Assembly: GCA_965214095.1 (NCBI GenBank)
Contig: OZ243938.1
Coordinates: forward strand, 4,160,001 to 4,224,000
Reading direction: 5' to 3'
Source of the DNA: Candidatus Poribacteria bacterium
GTDB lineage: Bacteria; Poribacteria; WGA-4E; WGA-3G
DNA length: 64,000 bases
Shown here: in pieces, positions 19,868 through 29,863 of the stretch
Position numbering within the stretch: the first letter of the stretch is position 1
Layout: every line of letters begins with the position of its first letter
Made by a program: the position numbers and the translations under genes
The notes under the pieces: generated by a model
The model's input: the letters and a program-made list of their open reading frames with translations, nothing else
What the model was told of the DNA's origin: nothing
The model's database searches: none

Positions 19868-21367
19868 TCAATTGTCATTAGGATAAGAGACATGATGTGC
19901 CTGCGGTGTTCCATGTCCATAATCACCATCACATGCAGTGAGAAGAATGGCACTCAGGTGCGACACTAAATCGGGGTGTTCAGCAGATAAGTCTTTTTCT
20001 TCACGATAGTCGTTAGACAGGTGATATAACTGAAAACTGTCATTTTTGTTGATATATCGTAACTTCCAACCATCTTCTGTCACCAGTGCAGGACCAAGCC
20101 GTGAGGCGTAGACTATCCACTCATGGTTCTGTTGTTCATCATTCTGTGCCGTTAAGGTTGGCAAAAATGAAACACCATCTTTCGCTTCTGGCATATCTAC
20201 ATCAACGAGTTCAGCAAGGGTCGGCATGAAATCGTAATTCGCAAGCATGTGATTTGACACACTGTCTGGTTCTATCATACTTGGATAACGGACAATATAA
20301 GGTATACGTGTGCCACCTTCCCAACTTGAGAACTTCAAACCAGCCATCCCATCGTTCCCATCAAATACATCTCCGCCAGTTTCTGTGTAGAATTTCGTCG
20401 TAATGTCATCAAAAGGTTCACCGTTCAAACCTTGCTGTCGTCCCGTAGTTCGTCCTTTTTGGCGGTAATACACTTCGTGTCCATTATCCGATGTAAAGAC
20501 AATCATTGTGCGATCATCTATCCCAAGTTTTTCAAGTTCATCTAAGATGATACCAACTGTCTCATCCAGTTTGAGAATCATAGAGGCATATTCTTTCTCA
20601 TAAGTCGTCAATTCAGATAAATTTTTGACTGATGGATGAATTTCAGGTATAGAGATAGGTCCGTGTGGTAACTGAGAAGGGTGGTATAGAAAAAATGGAT
20701 TATCTTTGTTCTTGCGAAGGAAATCAACTATTTTGTCGTTGAAAATATCTTGTGAATATACTGCTTTTCCATCACGGTTTCTGCGGATCTCCATATTTTC
20801 ATCTGATTCGGAGTTTGGATGTTTCGCACAATCGGTATGCGTATTACCTTGGATGTTTCTCAGTTCTCCGTTTTCAAAGAGGAATGGTGGGTAGAACCCA
20901 TGACATCGTTGATGATCATAGTAACCGTAATGATACTGCCATCCATGGCGGTGTATACGTTCTGCTGTTGTTGCAAAACCCCATTCAAGTTTACCAATCT
21001 GTCCTGTGGAATAGCCTGCTTCCTTTGGAATTTGTGCCAAGAACACATCGTTAGGTTCTGCCTGCAAACCGGTTGTATGGATTAACTCTGATATTTCATC
21101 ATACCTCATTTCACCAGTGCTGATGCTCTGGTATATTCCAGCTCGGGTATATGTCCATGTTCCTTGATGGCAATCGTGGAGACCTGTCAACATGCTGGCG
21201 CGAGATGGTGCACAGAATGCACAACCGTAAGCATGATTAAATTTCATGCCTTCATTGGCAAGACGGTCAATGTTGGGTGTTTCAAAATGCTGCTGTCCAT
21301 AGCAACTTAACATGCCCCGTCCAAGATCGTCTGCAAAGATGAGAATTACATTATGTTTATCGTTCAT
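19868..21367 (-). CDS. Arylsulfatase-like sulfatase
   Basis: NVILIFADDLG, CAPSR, SDNG; likely start MNDKH at 21367. Confidence 0.92.
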   Translation of the reverse strand: MNDKHNVILIFADDLGRGMLSCYGQQHFETPNIDRLANEGMKFNHAYGCAFCAPSRASMLTGLHDCHQGTWTYTRAGIYQSISTGEMRYDEISELIHTTGLQAEPNDVFLAQIPKEAGYSTGQIGKLEWGFATTAERIHRHGWQYHYGYYDHQRCHGFYPPFLFENGELRNIQGNTHTDCAKHPNSESDENMEIRRNRDGKAVYSQDIFNDKIVDFLRKNKDNPFFLYHPSQLPHGPISIPEIHPSVKNLSELTTYEKEYASMILKLDETVGIILDELEKLGIDDRTMIVFTSDNGHEVYYRQKGRTTGRQQGLNGEPFDDITTKFYTETGGDVFDGNDGMAGLKFSSWEGGTRIPYIVRYPSMIEPDSVSNHMLANYDFMPTLAELVDVDMPEAKDGVSFLPTLTAQNDEQQNHEWIVYASRLGPALVTEDGWKLRYINKNDSFQLYHLSNDYREEKDLSAEHPDLVSHLSAILLTACDGDYGHGTPQAHHVSYPNDN

Positions 21368-21386
21368 ACAATGTTCCCTAATAAGA

Positions 21387-22793
21387 TTACCGTTTCTGAA
21401 AGGCACGTTGGCGATAGAGATGTTCAAATAGGTTGCCTTCATGTGGACTATCCCAAGAAATCTGATTTGTAGGAATAGCACCTATATTTAGTCGATCTAT
21501 TTGAGGAGTAGTAATCAACTTCTCAATGAAATCTGCATCATCTGAAATAACAGATGCCACAAGTGTTGACCCAATGGATTCAACCAGTTGAGATGGTGGT
21601 ACTTCCACGACACTCACAAATGGAAAAGGAAACTCAGTGTTTGCCAACGGATGTTCTGGGTCTTCACACCAGATAACTGTAGGTCTTAGGAAAGTACAAC
21701 CGTCTAATTCAACAACGCGATCACCTTTAGTCAATTCTGTTGCGCCTGGTTCTTTCAGATGTCTGTCTATCAATGCAGAGATACTGTGGGCAGCCTTTGG
21801 ATTTGCCCACGCTGCAATACCTGCGTCAGGGTGGTCAAGGGGTTTCGGTTCAATTTGGGACAAGTGTAAGGCAATAGATTCAGCGATATCTCTGCCGTTT
21901 TCGGTTACCCACACCCCTGAAGCGTTGATGCATGACCTGCCTCCATTCTTTGATACCGATTCTACGATGAGATCCAGATAATCTTCCCATTTGTCATCTT
22001 TACCTTCATGAATGATAATTTTGCTACGACCTGGACCGTGTATTTCAATGCGTGGATCATTTACCCACGATGCGACAGTTGAGCCACTCCCAAAGAGCAT
22101 TGATCTTCCACAACGAAATAGTATTTCATTTGCCCCAGGATAATCGGTGGGATAGAAACTGAATGTTTCTGGAGGCATTCCTGCTTCCATAAATGCCTGA
22201 GCAATCCGATAAGGTGTCCACGGTTCCTCACGACCCGGTTTTAACACGAGTGGCACTTTTAAGGGGACAGCTGGAATCCACAACGAATGAACACCGGGAG
22301 AATTGCTTGGCAACACTGCACCTAATCCATCCGTTTCACAGACATAACTCATCGTCCGTTCATTTTGGATACCCCATCCTGCGTCAAGGATTTGTAAATC
22401 AAGTCCACGTGTCAAACCGTCTAAAACCGTTTCAATGTTCTCTAAGATTCCTTGTATTTTCCCCATGTTTTGTGAGCAGAGAGTTTCTGGTAGACCAGTT
22501 GTTCCAGATACTTGCTTGATATAATCCTCAGGAGACTGCATGCCGTCATCAAGTGGAAGGTCTGCGGTAGTGAATAGACGTGCTGCATCCAAGCATATTG
22601 CTATCAAGTCAGCGACAGAATATTGCGAAAGCGTCTGCTTATGGAGTGGTAAGTCAAGAAGGTCTTTTGCAATCAGTCCTCTGTTGGCTTGACTGACTTC
22701 AACTAAAGTCTCACCTGTTCTGATGTGTGATACTTTATTGGTTTTCAGACTTCTATAAGAACGTCCAGCGCGTAAAATTGGGATGTGTATCAT
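21387..22793 (-). CDS. Aldehyde dehydrogenase-fold protein (LuxC/EhpG-like acyl reductase)
   Basis: VLPSNSPGVH, LKPG, HGPGRSK, catalytic Cys in GGRSCINAS, EFPFP. Confidence 0.8.
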   Translation of the reverse strand: MIHIPILRAGRSYRSLKTNKVSHIRTGETLVEVSQANRGLIAKDLLDLPLHKQTLSQYSVADLIAICLDAARLFTTADLPLDDGMQSPEDYIKQVSGTTGLPETLCSQNMGKIQGILENIETVLDGLTRGLDLQILDAGWGIQNERTMSYVCETDGLGAVLPSNSPGVHSLWIPAVPLKVPLVLKPGREEPWTPYRIAQAFMEAGMPPETFSFYPTDYPGANEILFRCGRSMLFGSGSTVASWVNDPRIEIHGPGRSKIIIHEGKDDKWEDYLDLIVESVSKNGGRSCINASGVWVTENGRDIAESIALHLSQIEPKPLDHPDAGIAAWANPKAAHSISALIDRHLKEPGATELTKGDRVVELDGCTFLRPTVIWCEDPEHPLANTEFPFPFVSVVEVPPSQLVESIGSTLVASVISDDADFIEKLITTPQIDRLNIGAIPTNQISWDSPHEGNLFEHLYRQRAFQKR

Positions 22794-22801
22794 TCTCTTG
22801 C

Positions 22802-23503
22802 TTACCTTGTAATCTTAGCAACCCATCCAGAAGATGCATCACAATAGAGGAAATCATCTCCATAAATTGACAAGCCGTGCGGTTCAGGGTGATCTGTTGA
22901 CACTTCAATTTGATCAATGATTGAACCATTATCAAGGTCAAGTTTGACGATAACTCTATCAGATGTATGTGTTACCCATAGACCATCTTCAACTCGGACT
23001 GTGCCGTGTGCCCTACCATAAGGTAAAGGTAGAGTATGTTGAACAGACCAGTCAGAAGCACGTACTTTGTGTATTTCCTGATTTTTGAGTGTTTGCACCC
23101 AGAGATGTCCTTCGTCAAAGTTGTCATACTCAACACCGTGTGTACCACCCCCTTCTGGTACGGGATATCTTCCGAGGGTTTTACCAGAGTTAGGATCAAC
23201 TTTGAAAATTTCACCGATTCCGGGTTTAGCATCTGTTTCTCTGACTGTCCGCCATCGATCTCCAGGTCCATTTGCGGCTAACCACAATGCACCACCACCG
23301 AATGCCATTCCACTTGTGTTGGAGGAATCACTGGGAATATCACGGATAAGTTTTGGAACGGAATAATCTGGATCACATGTGATTTCTACTAATGCAACCC
23401 TGTCGGTTATCTGATCGACTATCCACAAACCATCGTCAGTAACTTGTAAACCATTAGGAACAGCATAAGGGGAGCGAAAGAGTTTTTCAATTTTTATTGG
23501 CAT
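22802..23503 (-). CDS. Beta-propeller protein (glutamine cyclotransferase/Vgb-like)
   Basis: Repeated PNGL/TSGM/THGV/AHGT/PHGL + LW blades; likely start MPIKIE at 23503. Confidence 0.65.
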   Translation of the reverse strand: MPIKIEKLFRSPYAVPNGLQVTDDGLWIVDQITDRVALVEITCDPDYSVPKLIRDIPSDSSNTSGMAFGGGALWLAANGPGDRWRTVRETDAKPGIGEIFKVDPNSGKTLGRYPVPEGGGTHGVEYDNFDEGHLWVQTLKNQEIHKVRASDWSVQHTLPLPYGRAHGTVRVEDGLWVTHTSDRVIVKLDLDNGSIIDQIEVSTDHPEPHGLSIYGDDFLYCDASSGWVAKITR

Positions 23504-23566
23504 ACTCAAATTCCTATGTTGTGTTTGTAATTCAATTTTGTTGACAAATCTCAATCAAAAAAAAGA

Positions 23567-24640
23567 TTAATAGACACCAACTACAACACTCTCTTGAAGT
23601 TCTGTTAGCAGGCGTAGGTTTTCAACACCATCCCAAGGGTATTCAGGTATCGGTTCAGCACGTTCTGCTTCATCACGTTCAAGGAAACGGGGCACGAAAA
23701 ATTCCTTTGTCAATGTCGTGAGCATCACCCGACCCGTTTGTCCAAAATCGACCAATTCATCAGGATTATCTGGATTGACCAATTCTATGACTGCCCGTGG
23801 CTGAGGAGGATAGTAGATAATAGCATAGTTATCCGCAGGATTGAAGGGTTTACAAGTGGCTAATCCCATTAACGTATTTCCATAAGTAGGCACGAAATCT
23901 ATTCCCGGTACGAGTTCTTCACGTGCAAAACGGTGAAATTGTGCATCCATCTCAGTGCCACCACAAAAGATCCCCTTTATTCCAACCTTTTCTAATGAGA
24001 TTTTCTCACACAATGCTTCAAGCAACTTTGGAGTGGTGAACAGACATTGGACGTTTTCATGTGCTTTTAGGACGTTCAGAGCTTGTGAAATTACATGGTT
24101 CTTATATGCATCCAATTCCTCATTTTTACCATACTTAACAAGTTGATTAACCCAACGCGGGTCAAGATCAACAAGGAAACAGATACCATCACGATGTTGG
24201 GCAAGATGTTCAACAGCGAGACGTAACCGTCGTGGTCCCGTTGGACCTAACATCAACCAATCACTACCGGGTGGAAATCCATCATCAGAAAGAGTTTTGC
24301 TGAATATTTCATAATCAATATGGAAATCACGAATGCTGATCCGGCATTTTGGTACTCCTGTTGACCCACCCGTTTCAAATACATAAATTGGATGATCCGA
24401 ATATGCTTTTGGCACCCAACGTCGGACTGGTCCTCCTCTTAACCATTCATCTTGGAAATGTCCGAGACATTTGAGATCGGCATAACCACCAATCTCTTTT
24501 CGTGGATCAAAGTCCAGATTCTCGGCATATTCTAACCAGAATGGACATCCAGTTTCTGGACTAAAGTGCCAGTTGATTATTTCTCGTACATGTACATCAA
24601 GTGCAGTTCGTGCCGCTTTGATTTTTTGGCTTAGATTCAT
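23567..24640 (-). CDS. Truncated ANL adenylate-forming enzyme (EhpF/LuxE-like)
   Basis: P-loop ETGGSTGVPK, CGGT, TYGNTLMG, GRVMLTTL, ERD; WHFSPETGCPFW N-terminus. Confidence 0.75.
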   Translation of the reverse strand: MNLSQKIKAARTALDVHVREIINWHFSPETGCPFWLEYAENLDFDPRKEIGGYADLKCLGHFQDEWLRGGPVRRWVPKAYSDHPIYVFETGGSTGVPKCRISIRDFHIDYEIFSKTLSDDGFPPGSDWLMLGPTGPRRLRLAVEHLAQHRDGICFLVDLDPRWVNQLVKYGKNEELDAYKNHVISQALNVLKAHENVQCLFTTPKLLEALCEKISLEKVGIKGIFCGGTEMDAQFHRFAREELVPGIDFVPTYGNTLMGLATCKPFNPADNYAIIYYPPQPRAVIELVNPDNPDELVDFGQTGRVMLTTLTKEFFVPRFLERDEAERAEPIPEYPWDGVENLRLLTELQESVVVGVY

Positions 24641-24796
24641 AATCTCTCTTATAATGCGGTAATAATCATAGAGTTATCGGTACTATGCTGTTTGGGCAAC
24701 CATACTTGAAAGAAGTCTGAGTACTTTGTCGCAATCACCTATTTGGTCTCTCAGTTACTGTGATAACTTATGATGTTGCCACCAGAAATTTGACTC

Positions 24797-26344
24797 CTAT
24801 TCGGAAATTGCAATCAATTGATTTCGTGTAACGATGTAAAGCACACCGTCTTTTGCTACAGGTGTCGTGTAGACTGCACTACCCAAGTTTGTTTCAAAAA
24901 GCACCTCTTTTTCTTTTCCAGTCTTTAAGATAACAACATCACCGTCTTCATCACCAAGATAGACTTTACCATCAACAACATAGGGTGACCCCCAGATAGC
25001 AGCAAAGGTGTCATAGGTCCAATAATGATCGCCAGTTTTTACATCTAAGCAGTATAAGAATCCGCTAAGATCGGAAATATACAGGAGTCCTTCATGTATG
25101 GCAGCTGTGGACATCGTGCGATTGAACTGTTCACCACCGAAATGCCAAACCCCTGCGGTTGAAGTAGTATCACCTGTCTGTGATGCATCAATGCACCAGA
25201 AATGTCCAACACCTTCACCGTGCTCCGGGTCTTGTCCGACAGCAATAAAAACTTTGTCATCATATATGACCGGTGTAGAAATAATGTTATTCCGTGTGCC
25301 TCGACCACCGAGTTCCCATTCAGAGTCTTTTGGATTGCAGTCGAACTGCCAGATAATTTTACCGGTTTCTGGTTTAAATGAATAAACCCATCCATCTCCA
25401 CCAGGGATGACAACTTGTGGAACACCTTTGATAACCCCGTAAGCTGGATTTGACCACTGTCCGTGAAGTATATTTTCCCCGGGTGAAGCATCTTCCCAAA
25501 CAAGTTCTCCTGTGTTTTTATTTAATGCTATAAAACTTGGAGCATCTGGAGATGGGATGTGAATGTGTCCTTCATCAACACCGTTGCTTGTTTCCAAGAT
25601 GAGCAGGTTTCCCACAACAAGTGGGGAACAGGTCGCGAGGTTATGTGGAAAGACATCTAACTCGTCCATCATATCGTAAATCCAGATGATGTCTCCATCT
25701 ATTTCACTCGTTTCCGCTTCCTCTTTATATGGACCGTCATTCTCACCGTCCATAAATCCTTGTGTATCAATACAGACGACTTCACAACGGTTTGAGATGT
25801 AATAGAGTCTATCTCCTTCAATATATGGTGTTGAACAGATTCCTTGAAGAGGCCAATCGTTTACGCGTCCCGAAGTTAGTTTAGTATGTGTAATTTGCCA
25901 CAGAAATGCTCCGTCAGATTCGTTAAACGCTATGATGTTTCCACGATCTCCTGTCAATTTTGGGTTATACAGTGCTTCGTTGTTTGTGCCGACAAACACT
26001 TTACCACCGATAACGAGTGGTCCTGCATAACTTTGTGACCCGAGTTCTGCTGTCCATTTTATATTTTCACCAGATTCTAAATCCCACTTATCAGGGATGT
26101 TTTTCTCATCAGAGACCATGTTTCTGCTTAACGAACCACCCCAGAGAGCGAATTCCTTTTCTGCATCTACTTCTGACACAGCAGCAACAGAAAGTAATCC
26201 AATTGTAAAGATCAAAAGGATAGTTGAATGAATGACCAAACTCAAATTATGTTTTGAGATAAAATCTTTAAGACTATTTTGTTTATGAGACCTGTTTATC
26301 TGAATAGTGGTGCATTTTGCACCACTGCTTTTTTCAACAATCAT
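24797..26344 (-). CDS. PQQ-like/BamB-like beta-propeller protein with N-terminal signal/TM
   Basis: WGG..SRNM, NIKW, repeated SP/TP...G.+W docking motifs. Confidence 0.85.
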   Translation of the reverse strand: MIVEKSSGAKCTTIQINRSHKQNSLKDFISKHNLSLVIHSTILLIFTIGLLSVAAVSEVDAEKEFALWGGSLSRNMVSDEKNIPDKWDLESGENIKWTAELGSQSYAGPLVIGGKVFVGTNNEALYNPKLTGDRGNIIAFNESDGAFLWQITHTKLTSGRVNDWPLQGICSTPYIEGDRLYYISNRCEVVCIDTQGFMDGENDGPYKEEAETSEIDGDIIWIYDMMDELDVFPHNLATCSPLVVGNLLILETSNGVDEGHIHIPSPDAPSFIALNKNTGELVWEDASPGENILHGQWSNPAYGVIKGVPQVVIPGGDGWVYSFKPETGKIIWQFDCNPKDSEWELGGRGTRNNIISTPVIYDDKVFIAVGQDPEHGEGVGHFWCIDASQTGDTTSTAGVWHFGGEQFNRTMSTAAIHEGLLYISDLSGFLYCLDVKTGDHYWTYDTFAAIWGSPYVVDGKVYLGDEDGDVVILKTGKEKEVLFETNLGSAVYTTPVAKDGVLYIVTRNQLIAISE

Positions 26345-26347
26345 ATA

Positions 26348-27301
26348 TCACCATACCTTTAAATTATCGTAATAGATTACAGTTGCGGAATACCCGTAAA
26401 TGCCTGGACTCCCTTCACTATTTGGCCGTGGATCCTCTGCTGTAATAGTCCAGTCCTCTGGTTCGGGGTCATCTCTTCGCCATACCTTACCGTAAATCAT
26501 CGCTTTATCGTTTACAACTTCAACCTTCATTCTCATTGTATACCAAACATCGGTTTCCCATGCAAAGTCAATTGTCTTTGCCATCCGTAGGTCTGAAGCC
26601 CATGAACGAATTTGTAATCTTTGATGTCTACCCTGCATATCTAACGTATAACGGTTTGCAATTAATCCCATATCAGGTAAGCGGCGTTTATCCTTTGTGC
26701 CCATAAGGTCGATTTGAATCTCGTAGTTTTTCATTGTTGACGGTCCGATATAGACGTTGGAACGATTCAAACCGCGTTGCACAGGTGTCTTAACTAAAAC
26801 TTTCTTACCATCCATTTCTCGGACGAAAAACTTTCCGGTCGCGCCAATCCAATGTGTAGGAATCTTTTCAAGTTCTACCGATTCAAAGTTTTCTGTCCAC
26901 GGAAGAGGAGGAATTACCCGGATCCGAGCAGTTGCATTCATCTCACCCGATTGAGCGGTAACTGTGCCGGCATGTGCCCCTGCATTTACATCTGGTGTGA
27001 ATCTACTATCTTGAAGCGTTCCAGTTAAACCGGTTTTCACCCACTCTAATGTGTCGACCGTACTCGTCTGATTTCCACTTGCATCATAACCGATGACGGT
27101 TAATTCAACGGGATCGCCTGTTGTAAGAGACTCTGTTGGTGTTATCAGAAGGGAAACTGCAGGTTCAGTACTCATCGTTGGTTCTGTCATCTCTTTACTG
27201 GCACAACCGATAGTGAAAACGCAGACAACTAAACAAGCATAGACCACAAACGGACTAAGTGAGAATACATGCTGTTTTGTGGTTAAACTATATTTCTTCA
27301 T
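26348..27301 (-). CDS. Lipoprotein with Ig-like and concanavalin/DUF1080-like domain
   Basis: Lipobox TIGC; ATG overlaps the upstream stop (TAATG); WYTMRMKV and GKVW...EPEDW. Confidence 0.7.
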   Translation of the reverse strand: MKKYSLTTKQHVFSLSPFVVYACLVVCVFTIGCASKEMTEPTMSTEPAVSLLITPTESLTTGDPVELTVIGYDASGNQTSTVDTLEWVKTGLTGTLQDSRFTPDVNAGAHAGTVTAQSGEMNATARIRVIPPLPWTENFESVELEKIPTHWIGATGKFFVREMDGKKVLVKTPVQRGLNRSNVYIGPSTMKNYEIQIDLMGTKDKRRLPDMGLIANRYTLDMQGRHQRLQIRSWASDLRMAKTIDFAWETDVWYTMRMKVEVVNDKAMIYGKVWRRDDPEPEDWTITAEDPRPNSEGSPGIYGYSATVIYYDNLKVW

Positions 27302-28617
27302 TATTTCCTCCCAATACAATAAATGCGTTCTTCCGTTGTGAAATAGATACGTCCATCAGCAATTGCTGGTGAACCGAAGATTTCAACATAGTGGTCATCG
27401 TCATCTCGTGTGATTTCTTGAACATTCAGTGACTCACACTTATCCGTATCGGGTTGAAGGATATGGAATTTACCGTTGACTTCAGTCACATACAATTTTC
27501 CATCTGCCCATACGGGTGAGCCTTTTCCAACTGTACCGATGCTATGTTCCCATAATAATTCACCTGTATCAGCATCCAAACATTGCATATTTGCAGAATT
27601 ATCCACAACATAGAGTTGTCCATCTTTCAATGTAGGTGAGGCGTATCCAACGCTGATTCCATCAGAACGCCACACTTCATGTGTTTTAGTAACATCACCC
27701 GTACCAGTAGCATCAATACAAACGACGCGTCCCATCTTCGTAGTGTCCAAATTCTCTTCACTATGTGTCGCGTAAACCTTTGTGCCGGAAACAATGACAG
27801 AGGTATTGATGCCGCGCTTACTTAGTTTGAACCCCCATACCATCTCTCCTGTTGTCTGTTTCATTGCATAGATACCACCATCTGCATTGCCGCCAATAAT
27901 GAGTGATTGTCCATTTATATTAGTGACTACTGGTGTAGAATAGGTAGTATCCAAAGGTCTTCCACCAGGGGTTGAGACCCAAACGAGATCACCACTATGT
28001 TTATCAAATGCATAATATCTGTGTCGTGGTATAGATTGTGCTCCCCAACTCGTATTTAGAAAACTTACAACGACAAGATTTCCAGCGATAATCGGCGTGT
28101 GGACACGGCCGCCGTATCCAGAAATTCGTCCATATTCTTCAGTAAGTGAACGAGACCATACGATATTCCCATCTTCATCATAGCAGTTAAAGATCCCTTG
28201 AACACCGTGTATGTATATGTTACCTGTTTCTGTATCGCCAACAGGACTTGTCCAACCGACACGGTTGAATGTGATAGTGGTGTGAAAGACATTAAATGTA
28301 TCATCCCACAACATATCACCTGTCTTTGCATCAAAGCAAGCAATACGTTCCTGTTCTGTTATATCCTTACCGATGCGTCCCATGACATAGACTCTACTGT
28401 TGAGTACGACTGGTGTAGACCGTCCAATAAAATCTGCTTGCCACAGAAGGTTTTCACCTTCAACAGACCAACTTGAGACTAATCCAGTTTCTGCGGATGT
28501 GCCATCCTGATTGGGTCCGCGCCAACTTTGCCAATCATCCGCACATACGGAAACATGTATGGCAAATAAAAGTATAATAATAAAAGACCGACATAAGGTC
28601 GGTTTGCAATTTCGCAA
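27301..28617 (-). CDS. Secreted PQQ-like/BamB-like beta-propeller protein
   Basis: Signal peptide then DWQSWRGPNQDG; multiple TP/SP blades. Confidence 0.87.
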   Translation of the reverse strand: MRNCKPTLCRSFIIILLFAIHVSVCADDWQSWRGPNQDGTSAETGLVSSWSVEGENLLWQADFIGRSTPVVLNSRVYVMGRIGKDITEQERIACFDAKTGDMLWDDTFNVFHTTITFNRVGWTSPVGDTETGNIYIHGVQGIFNCYDEDGNIVWSRSLTEEYGRISGYGGRVHTPIIAGNLVVVSFLNTSWGAQSIPRHRYYAFDKHSGDLVWVSTPGGRPLDTTYSTPVVTNINGQSLIIGGNADGGIYAMKQTTGEMVWGFKLSKRGINTSVIVSGTKVYATHSEENLDTTKMGRVVCIDATGTGDVTKTHEVWRSDGISVGYASPTLKDGQLYVVDNSANMQCLDADTGELLWEHSIGTVGKGSPVWADGKLYVTEVNGKFHILQPDTDKCESLNVQEITRDDDDHYVEIFGSPAIADGRIYFTTEERIYCIGRK

Positions 28618-28734
28618 ATTTTATTCCTCCTAATCATTTTTGTTATATTTTTAATTTAAGACGTTTTGTACATCCTATTGTTTAAGTACTGAATTTCAAG
28701 TGACTGAGAGTGTTTTCAAGACACTAATAGGGTG

Positions 28735-29574
28735 CTAAAGTTTTGTCTTCAGTTCTCCCCATACAATCGGTAACTTATCTCTAAACTCAACACCAAGTCC
28801 TACTTTGGATTCAAAATTCTGGATCACTTCATCTTCTGAGAGAGGACGATCATATATTCGAACTTCATCTATTACACCAGGAAAGTGTCTTTCTACATTA
28901 CCACGATTGTTCGCTGCACCAATATAGACTGGTTCTACAAAGGGAATAAAGTTGTCTAATTTATTTCCTTTTCCAACGACCACATTCTGTGGTTGTCCAT
29001 CCATATAGATATTGATTTTTGTATCCGCAGCATCTTCAACAACGAATGCAATATGATGCCAATTTCCATCCGATAATTCAAATTCAATCTCAACTGCAAT
29101 ATCTATACATTCTGCTGCTTGTTGTCTGACATAATAGTGAACAATATTCTGAGCGAGTAGAAATCCTACTTTTGCACTTCGATTAACATCAATTGCCCAT
29201 GCCATACTGCAGTCTTTATCAAGGACTTTAAATAACGTTGTCCATTCCTGTTTAAAATCAGTTTTGACCCATGCTTCAAATGTTGACATACCGATTTTGC
29301 TACCGAAATCACCAAGATTTGTCAAATTTATATAATCATCAGTACCATCAAATTCTAATGCATCACCCACTTTTCCGTTGACAACATTTGGATCACCGAC
29401 AATAGTCCCATTGTTATTACCCCAGATATCTTTTACGGTGTTTTCAGCAATATCTTTTTCATCAAATGTCCAATAACTCACTAAACCATCGGTGACGACT
29501 GTTCTTGCCGTAGTTTGCATACTGGTAAAGATTATCAATACTGCTATTATGCATATAAATATAGATTTTTTCAT
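28735..29574 (-). CDS. Secreted LamG/concanavalin-like protein with KLPIVWGELK tail
   Basis: LVSYWTFD, WHHIAFV, GVIDEVRIY. Confidence 0.88.
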   Translation of the reverse strand: MKKSIFICIIAVLIIFTSMQTTARTVVTDGLVSYWTFDEKDIAENTVKDIWGNNNGTIVGDPNVVNGKVGDALEFDGTDDYINLTNLGDFGSKIGMSTFEAWVKTDFKQEWTTLFKVLDKDCSMAWAIDVNRSAKVGFLLAQNIVHYYVRQQAAECIDIAVEIEFELSDGNWHHIAFVVEDAADTKINIYMDGQPQNVVVGKGNKLDNFIPFVEPVYIGAANNRGNVERHFPGVIDEVRIYDRPLSEDEVIQNFESKVGLGVEFRDKLPIVWGELKTKL

Positions 29575-29863
29575 AGTTGTATTCCTCTGGATTCAGGCAG
29601 GTAAATTTATGATCATAATGATGCATGATGTATGTATCATAACATATATAGGTATATGATTCAACATAAATTGGATAGATTACACATCAGTGATTTAACA
29701 TCAAACTAACCTTAATGATTACAAATCCTTAAAACTAAATATCCCTAAACTGTTAAAATCTATTATTGACAAATTGCATAAATTTCTGTAAATTGTAATC
29801 GTTAATTGTTTCTCATCTGAGAATTATTAGCAATAATATTTTTGAGATGTAAAACATAAAAGT

